Notes under the pieces: generated by a model | Database searches by the model: none | Seen by the model: the letters and a program-made list of their open reading frames with translations, nothing else | What the model was told of the DNA's origin: nothing | DNA from: Vicugna vicugna | Taxonomy: Eukaryota | NCBI GenBank assembly: GCA_013265495.1 | Contig: MU057999.1 | Coordinates: 744,001-808,000 of the forward strand | Direction of reading: 5' to 3' | DNA: 64,000 nucleotides | Part shown: positions 52,401 through 64,000 of the stretch, one piece after another | Position numbering within the stretch: position 1 is the stretch's first letter | How the letters are laid out: every line of letters begins with the position of its first letter | Made by a program: the position numbers and the translations under genes

Positions 52401-53691
52401 GTCTAAAGAAAGAAGACATTGTTTCTTCATCTACAGAAGAGGTTACTGTTATTAAAAGCTTGGTTTATCATTTTAATATTCTGATGAGTAGGTAAGTGAC
52501 TTTAACTAGTTGAAATTACTCATCAGCAAATATCTGCCTCTTAACATGTCCACCCTTAGCTCTAGACTGAATGCCAAGGTGTCCCTGTAGTTGAAGAGTG
52601 ACCCCAGCCCAGCTGTGGGGATACTAGCAACCAGTGTGTGAAGGGCATGTTGATACTTACTTGTAAAACGCTTCTTTAAAAGATAAATATTCTCTCCAAC
52701 ACCCTAGAACTAAAAGGTATATTATCTGTTCCATGATTATGTCTTTGAGCTTTAGCATATCTCTTTGGCTATAAAAAATGCAAATGAATGTTTTTAAAAT
52801 TGGGGTTACCTTTTAAAAAAATAGATGTTTTAAAACCCCGTGTAATCCTGAAGTATCCCTGATTGTTCATTTGGGTGCAGATGTCGCTGATATAAACTCA
52901 AGATTGACCAACAAATGGTTCGCCTGGGCTCAGGCTGCTTTGCAGAATGCCCCCAGCTGTCCTGGGAGGTGGCAGTGGGGCGGGCAACCGTTCCTGCAGA
53001 CCTTGCTGGAGCTGGGAAGGGGTGGGGCTGCTGGGGCCGGAAGCCAGCAGGGATAGACCCTCGTGGGGAGCAGAGAGTGGGTTTGGCTTGGGGCATCTTT
53101 GGTTTTGCTTGCTTGACTCTATGAAAGCACAGGTTTGTCAAAAGAACAAAGTACCAAAGAGCTCTCCTCTGGTCCCCAAATATTGAGAATTAGCCAATAT
53201 GACCTAGGCATTTGGGGCTATTTGGTGGACCTAACAGTTTCTGCACAGGGAAAAGTCAGAAAGCAAGTAGGGAACACGAGTAGCTTCATTCCTGCAATTT
53301 CTCTTTTGAAGATGCACCCTAGATAAAGAAAGCGGTCATAGTTGCCCCACAGAACATGCCCTGGACCTTAGACAGTCATGTAAAGAGAGGAAAGTGTTCC
53401 TGGGTGGACTCCAGGAACAGGCAAGCCGTGGAGGGTGGGAGTCTGGGGAGCATGGAACAGGGGCGTTGATTGAGCGGGAGGGCGTCACGGGTCCTGGACC
53501 GGGCTTCTGCCTGCCCTCTTTGCTCTCTCATGGTTTTCCTGGGCTTGTTTCTGGCTCTTGGGGACACCTCCTGTATGCCTCTTCCACAGGGTCTGCTAGA
53601 AGTTTATGCTGAAATGTTCTCATCCTGTTGGTCAGTCAGTGTTTCCTAGTATCTGTCATCTTTGTTGCCCAAATTTAAAACCTTATCCTCT

Positions 53692-53920
53692 AAATTTGGG
53701 AATTTGAGATGTGCTATATTAACTACTATATATAAAAATAGATGAAAACCAAATTTCTTCTGTATAACACAGGGGACTATATTCAATATCCTGTAATAAC
53801 CTTTAATGAAAAAGAATATGAAAACGAACATATGTATGTATATATATGACTGGGACTTTATGCTGCACACCAGAGATCGACACATATAACTGACTATACT
53901 TCAATAATAATAATAATAAA
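53692..53920 (+). mobile_element. 5'-truncated L1 3' end with (TAA)n tail and TSD
   Basis: ctgtataacacaggggactatattcaatatcctgtaataacc...actgactatacttcaataataa. TSD core ccttatcctct at 53681-53691 and 53925-53935. Confidence 0.9.
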
Positions 53921-54374
53921 AACCCCTTATCCTCTTACGCTGTACTTGAAAGTTATGAGAGAATAATTGCTTAACACTCGCCTCCAAAAAAATTCCTTCA
54001 CTTAATAGAATCTTCTAATCAATATCATCTAGCCTTTCTTGCTCCTTGAAACTTAGTATCTGGAAACTTCATGGTTGTAGCTGGATCTAAAATAAAACGT
54101 GGATCTTCCAGCTTGATGATGCGCCCAGAGCTGCCACCGCCACCTGGTGGCAGTGTGCCCTAATTACAAGAAAAATATAGAAGAAGGAGGCCACTTTCTT
54201 GCGTGCAGCTTTGAAGCTAGAAAATCAAGGGGAACATTCTATCCCCAGGCGGATTCTATTAAAAACAATAAGAGCAAAATAATTAGATGCAGTCGGGAAC
54301 ATTTTCAAGTAAATGATTTTTTTACTACATATTCATCCATTAATTCATCAATTAATGTTCAGTGAAAGAGAAGG

Positions 54375-54595
54375 AATATTTATGCAGTGCCTACTATATA
54401 CCAGGTGCCTACTGTGTGAAGTGCTTTACAGATGTTACCTCGTTTGCTTCTCAATAGAGAACCCCAAAATATTATTCCTTCTTCACAGATGCAGAAAGAT
54501 TAACATGCAGAGCCATACACTCTGGAACTCACGTGGTTAGGATGTGAACCCGATTTTTCAGGTGCAAGACCATACCTGTGTTATTTGCATCACTG
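54375..54595 (-). mobile_element. MIR SINE
   Basis: gtgcctactatataccagg, gtgctttacaga, cacagatgcagaa, gatgtgaaccc. Confidence 0.55.
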
Positions 54596-57500
54596 CCTCC
54601 TGATTCTGCACGCTCCTGTGTGCTGATAGTGTCCGTGCTTAATGGACACATCCCTGCCCTCACTGTGGTGTTGCTGGCTGGCGACTGTTTCCATATTGTA
54701 GATAGAATTACTGATCTGAGTTTCACCTGGATTTCTAGAGTCTTTTCCTTTGCTGTTGGCTGTTCTGGCTGTGTTGCCAGCCTCCATCTGACGTGAGGTG
54801 GGAGTGGGAGGGAGTGAGTCCCGGGGAAGGGAATGGCCAGGTGCTAAGCTGTTTTAGGTTACAAGACAAAGGCGCAGAGTGTGTCCTGAAAACAGCTCTG
54901 CCTGTGGACACCTGGAAGGCCCTGCTGTGCCAGGCTTCTGGCCCAAGGCTGAGGGCGCCCAATCCTGGGTCCCTAACTGAGGTGTGACCTCATGCCAGGC
55001 TGCCTCGAGTAGGATGACCAATGCAGTGGACAGCCTCGGAGAGAGAGGCTGTGTCCTGGGATAGGGCCTGGCATAGGGCAGGATAACGGTGAGTAATGGG
55101 GGTGGACCTCAGATCCACCTATGCAAGTGTTTTCCGTGTCCCCACAATCAGACACCTCCCAAAGAGGGAGCTCAACTCCGCAGCTGACAGGACCTGTTTG
55201 GGGGGGGGGCTGGTGTGAAGAAGCTCCCAGGTGACTCTGCTGTACGTCCTGGGGCGCACTTTGGTGAATAGACCAGTGAGAGATTGAATGTGCTTCTCCT
55301 TTATTGAGGATTCGCTTAGGATGGGTTAGGACTGACGCTCCCTGGGGACCCTGGGGCATCCCGCCAGCAGGGACAAGGAGTGGCCATTCTTTTGAGGATC
55401 CCGTCACCCCTCCATCTCTCCCTAAGGAATCTCTTATCTCCGTTTGGTGCCTCCCTTGTTGCCTGAGTCTCATTCCTCTTTGGATCAGTTACTTCCGTGC
55501 ATCTGGCTGGCTGGTCTTCCCATTCTCCCATGGTGTGGGCCCGGGGCTCTGCCTATCGTGGACTCTTGTTAACGTCTGTGCTTCATCTCAAGCAGGGGCC
55601 CCAAATCCAGAAGCCAGCCAGGGACTCGCAGAGTTCACAGCCAGCCGAGGTTGAAGGGGCCTTGTGAACAGGCGAGCCTGCACCCTGCGTGGTTATGCGG
55701 GCATTGCCTGGTCTGGATTTTCATGGGATAATCCCCAGTTTTTAATTGTTGACAGAAGTGCACCTTTTTTTCTTTTTTCTTTTTACATCGTTGTGCAGGC
55801 CACATAAAATCAGTCTGGCTCTTGGATGCATGAAAAACCTCTAACTCAAAGGACCACAGAGAGCCTACGTAGCCTTAATTCTTTTAAAAAAATAGTTTCC
55901 CAGCATGCATGCCTGATCAGATGGGCCTTGGCAATTCCATCTTTCCAGCGAGTGTGTAAGAGCATCCACTTCATAAGAAGGAAAAATTTTATGAAGTTGT
56001 TTGAATCAGAACCGTAACAATGCCAATAAAATGTATTTTATGAAGTTGGTGAGAAAGTAGTAATCTGGCTGCTGTTTTACAGTGTGTGGAACTGGTACTC
56101 GTTCTGAATGCTGGTTCCCCCGCTGCCCCCTCAGCCTCTCCTTTGGTGACGGATGTGAAGCCCCCACCCTTTAAGAGCACCCCGCGGAGCTCCCGGCACA
56201 GGGCTTTAGTGGCCCTGGTGCCTCACTTCCAATTGGCTCGTGATCGCGGTGACAGTCACGGGCTGGTGATCGCAGGGGTTTATTAGGAAGGGGGTTTTGA
56301 ACCACCACGTGCTTCCCCATCTTGGGGCTCCTTCTTGGGGATGGGCCCCGCCCTCTGGTCTCCCAAGCTCTCAGCATCCCCTTCTCTGGCCGCATCTCCT
56401 GCATCCTGCCAGGGGCGGACGCGTGTGCTGAGAAGGGGCAGAACTCCCTGGGGCTGCGGCGTGACTGCGGCTCCTGCCCCTTATGGGACTTGTCTTGGTT
56501 TCTGGGGAGATCTCCCAGGTGAGTGGTGGTCAGGGCGTCTCCAGAAGCGCATTAGGTGCTCTGCCAGCCCCAGGCGTGTTCAGACCCAGCTGGGCGCCCT
56601 GGAGGACTGGGCGTCCTGTCCCAGTAGCCTCTCCGACTTGTTTCTCACGATGCTGGTCCCTTGGGCTGCCTTTGGGTGGGGCTGTTTTTCAGGCGTCTGT
56701 CAGTGTGTGGGGTTGGGGGCGGGGGAGCAGTGCTGAGCCCAGATAGTTTGCTTTCTGGGAAACCTGGGACAGGTTTGGCAGCTATGGGATGAGGAATTCC
56801 TAAAAGGAGGCAGGGACAACTCTAGCTTAAAAAGGTGTCTTCTCTTTATTTGACCCAACTGTTTGATTGAAAAAGCTGACTCTTTGGGGTGGTCACCTCC
56901 CCCCACCTGAAAGAGCGACGGGGCCTGGGAAGAGCGTGCGTGCTCAGTCAGGCACACGTGCATCTGAATCCCGCCCTGTGCTGTTCTCCCTGTAGGACCT
57001 TGGGCCAGTGTGTCCTCAGTCTCCTGCTCTATGAAATGGGTTTAGTAAAATCCCTCTTTTAGGCTTTGAGGGAATTTGAGATACACATCAGAGTGTCTGG
57101 CATTGTGTATAGACTGGTCTACATTTTCTTAGTTGCTCATTCATTTGGTCTGTCTGCCCCTCAGGGGTCTCTCTCTTGCTTTACACCTTGCTGGGCTTAT
57201 TTGCAAGGACTTTGAGAGCAGGGACAAGAATGAAAGTAAGAGGATGTCATGGACATCACCATGCATCATTAGGGTGGGCTCCCAAAAACTGTCCATGACC
57301 CGAGCCTCGCTACTCTATGCCCCACCGTCCGGAGCCCACTCCATCCAGGACCTGTGCCACCTCAGTGCCTGAAGACCCTTCCCCAGGCACTGGTTGGAAA
57401 GATCAGTTGTCCTAATTTAAAAACAAAACCAAAAAGCCCTGTAGTTTCCCTTTGATTGGGGAAGAAATAGTCCTGTTTCCTTAGCTTGGCTCTTCGCGGT

Positions 57501-57734
57501 CCTCCTTAACTGTTACCTGCAGCTGACTCATCCAGCCCTCCCGCCCGCCCCCCCCTCCCCCCCATCTAGGCCCTCCACGCAGACAGCGTGCCTTTCCTCA
57601 AACGTGACTTCCCTGGCTGCACACTTTTGGCTGTTCAGTCCTCTCTGCCTGCGGTGTCTCCCCAGCTGTCCCCTCTCTCCCATCTCATGCATCCTTACTG
57701 GCCTGCTGGAAGTGGTGCCCTGACCCTGTCTCCT

Positions 57735-59765
57735 TTATGCTGTTAATGTTGTATCTGCTACATCTACAGATGTTATAAATGCAATGATACAGTGTTACAA
57801 TGATTACTTTATATAATCTTATACTTTTTTTAAAGATGTAAGAGAGGACGCAAGGAAAATATATTTACATAGTCTTTTATATTAATCCACATATCATTTC
57901 CAGCACTTTCCACTTCTTCCTCTGTCTTCATTTTACCTTCTGGTGTCATTCCCTTTCATCTTGAATAACGTCCTGTACTACTTTTTGTAGGGAATGTTTG
58001 CTAGCAGTGAATTCTCTCTGTCTTTGTTGACCTGGGAAAGTCTTCATTTGCCTTTGTTTTCATAGGATAGTTTTGCTGGATGTAGAATTCTTGGCTGACA
58101 GTTTTTTCTTTTGACACCTTGAATAGGTCATTCCACTGCCTTCGGGCTTTTGTTGTTTCAGAAAAGAATCAGGGATTAATCATACCGATGTTCCTCTGTA
58201 TGTGATAAATCACTTTTTCTTGCTCTATTCAAAATGTTCCCTCCATGTGTTGAAAGTTTGGTTATGATGTATCTCTGTGTGGGTCTCCTTAGACTTAACT
58301 TACTTTGGGTTCATTGAACTTTCTGACTCTGTGTAAATCAGTGTTTTTCATCAAAATTTGAAAAGTTTTAAGCCCTTATTTTCCGTTTTTTCTGTCTTTT
58401 TTTCTCCTTTTTCCCTGGTACTCTCATCAAATCTCTATTGATATGCTTGATGCCATCCAACAGGTTTATGAGGTTTTGTTCTTTTTACTTTAACCTTCTT
58501 CCTGTGTTCTTCAGATATTATCCTTTCCGTTGGTCTATCTTCAAGGTCACCGAGTTTTTCCTTTTTCCATCTTGAATCTTCAGTGGCACTCCTCTAGGAG
58601 GTTGCTCAGTTTATATTGTACTTTTCATCTCCAGAATTCCATTTGGTTCATTCTCTGTAATTTCTGTCTCCTTAGTGACAATATTTGTTGATTTGTTGTT
58701 GTCATACTTTAAATGTAGTTTCCTCTATTTTTGAACGTATTTATAATAACGGCTTTGGAGTCTTTTGAAGTTTTTGTCTGCTGAGTACAACACTGGGTGA
58801 CTGCTTTTTTCTTGAGTATAGATTTCCTATTTCTTTCCTATTTCTTTGGGTGTATCATAATTTTCTTATTGAAAACTGGACATTTTAGGTACCATATTGT
58901 AGTGTCTCTGGGTTTTTGTTTTTTGTTTTTTGTTTTTTTTTGCCCTGAACACTGTTGTTACAGTTTTATATATTTGTTTTGTGACTTGCCTGGGTTAAAT
59001 CTGTGAAATCTGTCTCCCTTGACCTTTGTGGCCACTGATGTGTTGGTTCAGTTTTTATTTTTTAATTTTTGCTTTTATGTTTAAGTCTTGCTTCCTAGGG
59101 GTAGCCCCTCTTCCTGAGCAGCTTAGTGGTCTTCCAGCGATTAGACAGAGGTTGGGCTCAGACACGCTGAGCCAGTCCATCTTCCATCCTCTGCTGATGG
59201 ATCTGTCTGCGGGTGAAAGAGCGCAAAGCTCAGGTTGTTTGGAAACCTACTCCAGCTTTGACTTTCCAGTGGGACGTCTTGCTTCTTTTATGAGCAAGCA
59301 CAGGGCTAGCCAGGAGGGGGTGGATATCCTGGGTCCTCTCTGGTGTTCACTGGATACACATGTAACCTCAGCCAGGGGTATGCGTGCCCCAGCCAGGGCC
59401 CCAGCCTTGCCTGTTGAGGTCCTCACTGCTACGGACGGTGCTGCTGGACCTGTGCGTCAGCAACCACCACAAATCCAAGGCCTCTTTGACCCCACAGCTC
59501 AGCTCTTCTCATGTCATTTCCTTCCCCGACAGAACCTCCACGTCAGCCCAGCTGGGCAGAGGGGTGGGAGGGGGCGGGGAGAAGCGCTAGGCAAGAATGC
59601 CACAGATTTTTCCTGTTCTTACCCAAAGTTCAGCCTTTGAAACATAAATACTTCTCAGATGGTCTTTGGTAAATTTTCAGAGTGCTGAGATGGTTGTTTT
59701 GGGTCACTTTTCCCCAGCTTTAGAGTTGGTTTTTAAAAAAGAGGAATTTGCTGACCTCTTTCCTC
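57735..59765 (-). mobile_element. Old L1 (L1MC/L1M4-like) fragment
   Basis: gctagcagtgaattctctc, aggatagttttgctggatgtagaattcttggctgacag, ttccactgcctt. T-rich with no ORF. Confidence 0.75.
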
Positions 59766-60019
59766 TGCTCATGAACCTCTACCAGGTTGTATATATTTTT
59801 TTAATGTGATCAGCCTTTTTCCTGGCTGCAAGGTCACTGGAGAGCTTGGCTTTCCTTCCTTACTGACCCAAGAGCTCCTCCCAAATCCACTTTGGTTTGT
59901 CTTTGAATCCCGAGTGAGTGCCATCACGCCCGGGACACAGCAGGTGCCCACCATGTGCTCCTTGCACTTAGAATGTGAATATGGCCGAGAGACGGGGCGA
60001 TTCATCTGAGCTGGACTCT

Positions 60020-60195
60020 TAACAGACCTGACCTGGATTCTCAGGCACCATGCCTCACCTGACTGCTTCTTCATTTCTCATCTGTAGAATGTCAAAAATG
60101 AAACTCACTCCTTGGGATAGTTGTGTGAATTAAATGAGAGAAAGCATAGAAGTCATCTAGACCAATACTGAGCATAGAGTAATGCTTTGTAACTA
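60020..60195 (+). mobile_element. MIR SINE
   Basis: catttctcatctgtagaatg, gatagttgtgtgaattaaatgaga, gcatagagtaatgct. Confidence 0.6.
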
Positions 60196-62352
60196 TTCAT
60201 TTCATTTCTTCACATACAATGTGGGCTTCATGAAGATACTCTGATTTTGGTTATCTGGCTTATCCTTCTGTCCATCCATCCATTCTTACATCCAACCAGC
60301 CATCCATCCTTCACAGATGCAGAGCTAAAAGAGGCAGGAGGTGTTCTCTGGAGAAACACCTCCGATGGAGAAGACAGACACATTAACATGATTTCCAATC
60401 CTGTGGGCAAGAGCTATGGCAGGCGTGAGGGAAGAGCTGCAGGCACAGAGGCCAGAGGAGTGACACTGGAGTGGCAGTCTTGTGTCTGTGACCCTTTGCC
60501 ATGGCTTCGAGTCTCTCTGGTTAGAGGCAGGGAGCCAGGGTAGGTAGAAACAGGACCACCTAGAACTTGTTTCGTCCTGTACTGTCACAACGTCTGGCCT
60601 CATCTGGGGAGGTAACCAGTGGAACTCAGGTGCTGGTGGTCACATAATGTGCCCACACTGTCTTTGTAGGAGGTACAGTTTTACTTTTCCTGCCCAAATA
60701 CTCATCATTTCTATCCACTGTTTTGCAAAGCACTTGCATGTCCTAGTTTTCTGTGCAGTCCAGAGGTGCCCGGCAAGCTCTCACTCTTCGTCACAGGGGA
60801 GGCACCCTCTGCTCTGCTAGGTGACTGCAATTTTGTCTCCTGCCCCCAGCGTGCACATACTTAGGAGGTGGAAGTTTCTGTGCCCAGGTCAGAGAGCAGA
60901 GCACCGTGGTGGTTTCTCTTCACATCTGCAGAGGGTCTTCTGAGCTGGCCACGTCCTTGGGGGAGTGGGGCTGCCAACTTACACCCCAGACTTGGATTTC
61001 CTTCTCTGTTGCAGGCATTCCCTCTCCTCGGTGGCCCCGGGGCAGGAAGACAAGGAACAGGGAACAAGACGGGTTTTCCCTGGGTCTGTTTGCCAGGCAC
61101 CATGGCTTCTGCCGTGCGTTTTTTTGAGCCAGTAACAATTTTTCTTTGTAAACCCAGACCCGTTTTGGAAGCCGAGACCCTGTTGTGTTCGAACAGAAGC
61201 CTGTTATAAAGTGGTTCATTGCTTGCACGTTGCAACCTGCTAGGGCCGGGCTCCGGAAACTAGTGCAGGGGAAGGTTAGTGCAGCCCAGCGCCGCTTGGT
61301 TGGCCCATCACACTGCCTTTGAGAGCCCTCCCAAGCCCTGCACTGCTCCCTCAATGCACATCATCCCGAGCATTGCTCGGTGCTCCCGGCTGGCCCTGCG
61401 AACTTTATTTTACACCCTGAGTTTACTATTCTTGTTGTCTCCACAGTACGTCTTGTGGGATGCCTGTTCCTCGTGAAATGGTTCTTCCTCCATCTTCTCC
61501 ACGGAGTTACTTTAAATCCTGCCCCTGGCAGAGGGTGGGGGATAGTCCTGTTGATGAAAGCCTTTTCAGAGACGGTGCTCACCTTTGCAGTATGTTCGGG
61601 GGAGGAAAGGCTAAGGGCAGACCAGGCAGGCGTGTGAGAGCTCTGCTGGGCCACTCCCCCGTCCGTTTTGGAAGTTGAAATTGAAACCTCTGGGTATTTA
61701 CCCAGCCAAGTCACCTGGATGAGGAATGGACCAGGAGGGTCACGTGGCAGGAGTCAAGGCGAACACAAAAGAGTCCATTTATTATCCTGGCAGGAAATTT
61801 GTTCTTTTGGATTCTGTAGCTGCAGACATAATGATTTCATTTCCTTCGGGGGAGGGAGATTAATGGCCTTTCCCCGGGCCCATGTGGATTGCCGCTTCCT
61901 GCATCTCCCAGAGTGTCGTTGCCTCCGGTTTGCTGGGGTCGGGGGTGCGTGTGCCGGTTCACGCTGATTAAGGGAACGTGGCCTTCCCAGTGGAAGGCTC
62001 CCTGTGGATGCCTGGCGGTGACCCAGGTTCAAACACACATCATGGAAAAACACGTCCCAGACGGAGAGAGACGGTCCACAGGAGCCTGTGGGAGCTGCCG
62101 ACAGAAGCAGCGCAGGCTGGATTCCCCTCCTGCTTCAGAGGTGGCCTCTCATCCTGTGGCCAGATCAGCGGCTGGAGCAGGGACTCCCCAGGAGACAGCC
62201 GGGCCCTGGACCCCCGCCAGCACTGCCACTAGCCTGTTAGCCATGGGACTTGGCGCCTCACCGAGCCCCGCTTCCTCATCTGGAAAATGTGGATGGCAGT
62301 TAGTCACCAGGCCTCGGAGGGTTAAATGAAAGCTGTGCCTGAGTGCTTTTAA

Positions 62353-62542
62353 TATGTATATTTTTACTGAAGTGTAGTCAGTTTACAATGTTGTGTCAAT
62401 TTCTGATGTATAGCACAATGCTGCAGTCATACATGAACATACATATATTCATTCTCATATTCTTTTTCACTAAAAGTTACTACAAGATATTGAATATAGT
62501 TCCCTGTGCTATACAGTATAAACTTGTTGTTAAATGTATTTT
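62353..62542 (-). mobile_element. 5'-truncated L1 3' end with TSD, inserted next to or into a MIR (62220-62335)
   Basis: actgaagtgtagtcagtttacaatgttgtgtc...attgaatatagttccctgtgctatacagt. TSD ctgagtgcttttaa (62339-62352) / ctgagtgtttttaa (62543-62556). Confidence 0.9.
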
Positions 62543-64000
62543 CTGAGTGTTTTTAAACCGGAGTCTTCCCCAGGATAAGTGGCCTCTCACAGCCCCTCTG
62601 GGCTCTTGGGGGCTTCTGGGAAGACCCCGCCTGGTGCAGAATCTGCCTTGTCTAGAGGATGAGATGAGGTGGGTAGACTGAGGCTGGTGGTCTGCCTCGA
62701 GACGAGGAGGTCGAGAAGAAGTCAGGATGGGGAACCAGAAGACCGTCGCCAGGGCACGCCTCCTGGGGGCGTCCCTGGGTGACCGAGGTGGCCGCTGCGC
62801 CGTGGCTTCCATGTTTCATGCTATGTGCAGCAGATATCCCATATGAGGAGTTAGAGTCTGTGTCTGGATAAGGATCAGTGTTGTGTTAAAAAGAAAAAAA
62901 ACCTGACTTCAACAATTTTCCACTGTGGCCTAGAGATGTTGTGTGGCCTGGTGCGCTGCCCAGAGTCAGGCTCCGGCTTGTGAGGCACAGCGCTTCCTCC
63001 CACTGAGCCTGGCTCATGATCGGTGCCTAGTGGCTGTTTGCTCATAAAGAACCTTTTATTCAGTGAAACTTTTGCCTTCCAGAGAGATGCAGAGGTGATT
63101 TGGAGAAATTTGTGTGTTCTCCTTGCCTGTGTCTGCACTCAAGCCCCGCCACGCATCCATCATAGAGAGTGGTGTTTCTCAGCCTCTGCGTAAAGAGATG
63201 TCAGACTGAACAGGATGAAATTAAACTGTTAAACTGAAAGGGCCTGTTGAACCCAGGAATGTGTGACTGGGCCGCGGAGTTGTCTGTCCCCCGGGGGGCT
63301 CGGCAACAGGATGAGGTTCTCAGCAGAGGGTGGTTCCTGGAAGCCTTCCTGGAGGCAGGGGCGTGTCTTGACAAAGAATTACTCAACAGAAGTTAAATAT
63401 GGATAACAGAGCAATTTTAGTAAACATTTTACTTTTAATGTGTTTATAGTGCTGTTAATTATCTCTCTAAGTGGAGAAAATAGAAATTGTAGCACATTGA
63501 ACAAAGATTGCTGATTAGGATAATAAAATGGAAATTTTAATCAAGATGATAACTTTAAGTCAAAGGAGGTTTTCTCCTAGGCTGTTGGAGCTTTCATCTT
63601 TATTAAACACCCCATTTATCATCACCACTCCATTCATCGCCAGCATTAGATTAATATTGACAATTTAAAATAGAGATAACTTTTTCTTGCCGCTATGATG
63701 CTGGTATGGTAATGGTGCTGGGGACTTTGAAGAAGCCATCGTGAGCCGTCACGCTTCCCTCCCCTGCTGCAGTCGGCTGCTACTCTCCAACCCAGACCTC
63801 AAGGCACCAGCCACTCGGGAGGGAGGCTCCTCTCGCCAGAAACTCCTCCATGTCTCGTGTGCTCTTCACTGAGAAAGCAGAAGGCCTTTGGTGGCTTGAG
63901 GTTTTCTCTTCATGGTGGGAGTGTGTCCAGGAGTGTCACCGTCCTCTATTTTTCAATCCAGTACGAGAGCTACTTGTTGAGTATCTGCGAGGTGCTGTGC

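Larger units (their letters stand above)
16288..64000 (+). other. EPHB1: EPHB1 intron 1 (partial, runs off the window)
   Basis: Begins GTAACG. No sequence encoding the expected exon-2 peptide (ETLMDTRTATAELGW-like) was seen downstream. Eph receptor genes have very large early introns. Confidence 0.85.

Noticed and set aside
59026..59640. 204-aa ORF
   Set aside because: Lies within an antisense L1 relic and has no protein-like features.
1..64000. Novel multi-gene system, CRISPR-like array or foreign insert
   Set aside because: I saw no regularly spaced repeats, operon-like ORFs or non-mammalian segment. The content is explained by the EPHB1 5' region plus ordinary mammalian repeats.

Overview
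Mammalian genomic DNA, most likely camelid, judged from a vic-1-type tRNA-derived SINE and cetartiodactyl-type L1 3' ends. The window holds about 15.8 kb of repeat-rich upstream sequence, then the CpG-island promoter and exon 1 of EPHB1 on the + strand. Only 58 nt of exon 1 are coding (16230-16287, signal peptide MALDCLLLLLLATAVAAME). About 48 kb of intron 1 follows, and I saw no exon 2. Apart from an overlapping 5'UTR uORF, the remaining ORF-track entries look like chance ORFs. The rest is interspersed repeats (L1, L2, L3/CR1, MIR, MaLR and ERV1 LTRs, hAT MITEs). I found no convincing new multi-gene system. The best second-look items are a U6 snRNA-L1 chimeric retrocopy, a sense-strand intronic MER53 hairpin carrying a miR-1302-like arm, the uORFs of the EPHB1 5'UTR, an intact solo ERV LTR about 2.4 kb upstream of the promoter, a local ~230-bp duplication, a 44-bp near-perfect palindrome and a palindromic CTCF-like site. 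Repeat names, repeat boundaries and comparisons with human sequences come from recall and visual inspection, not from database searches.
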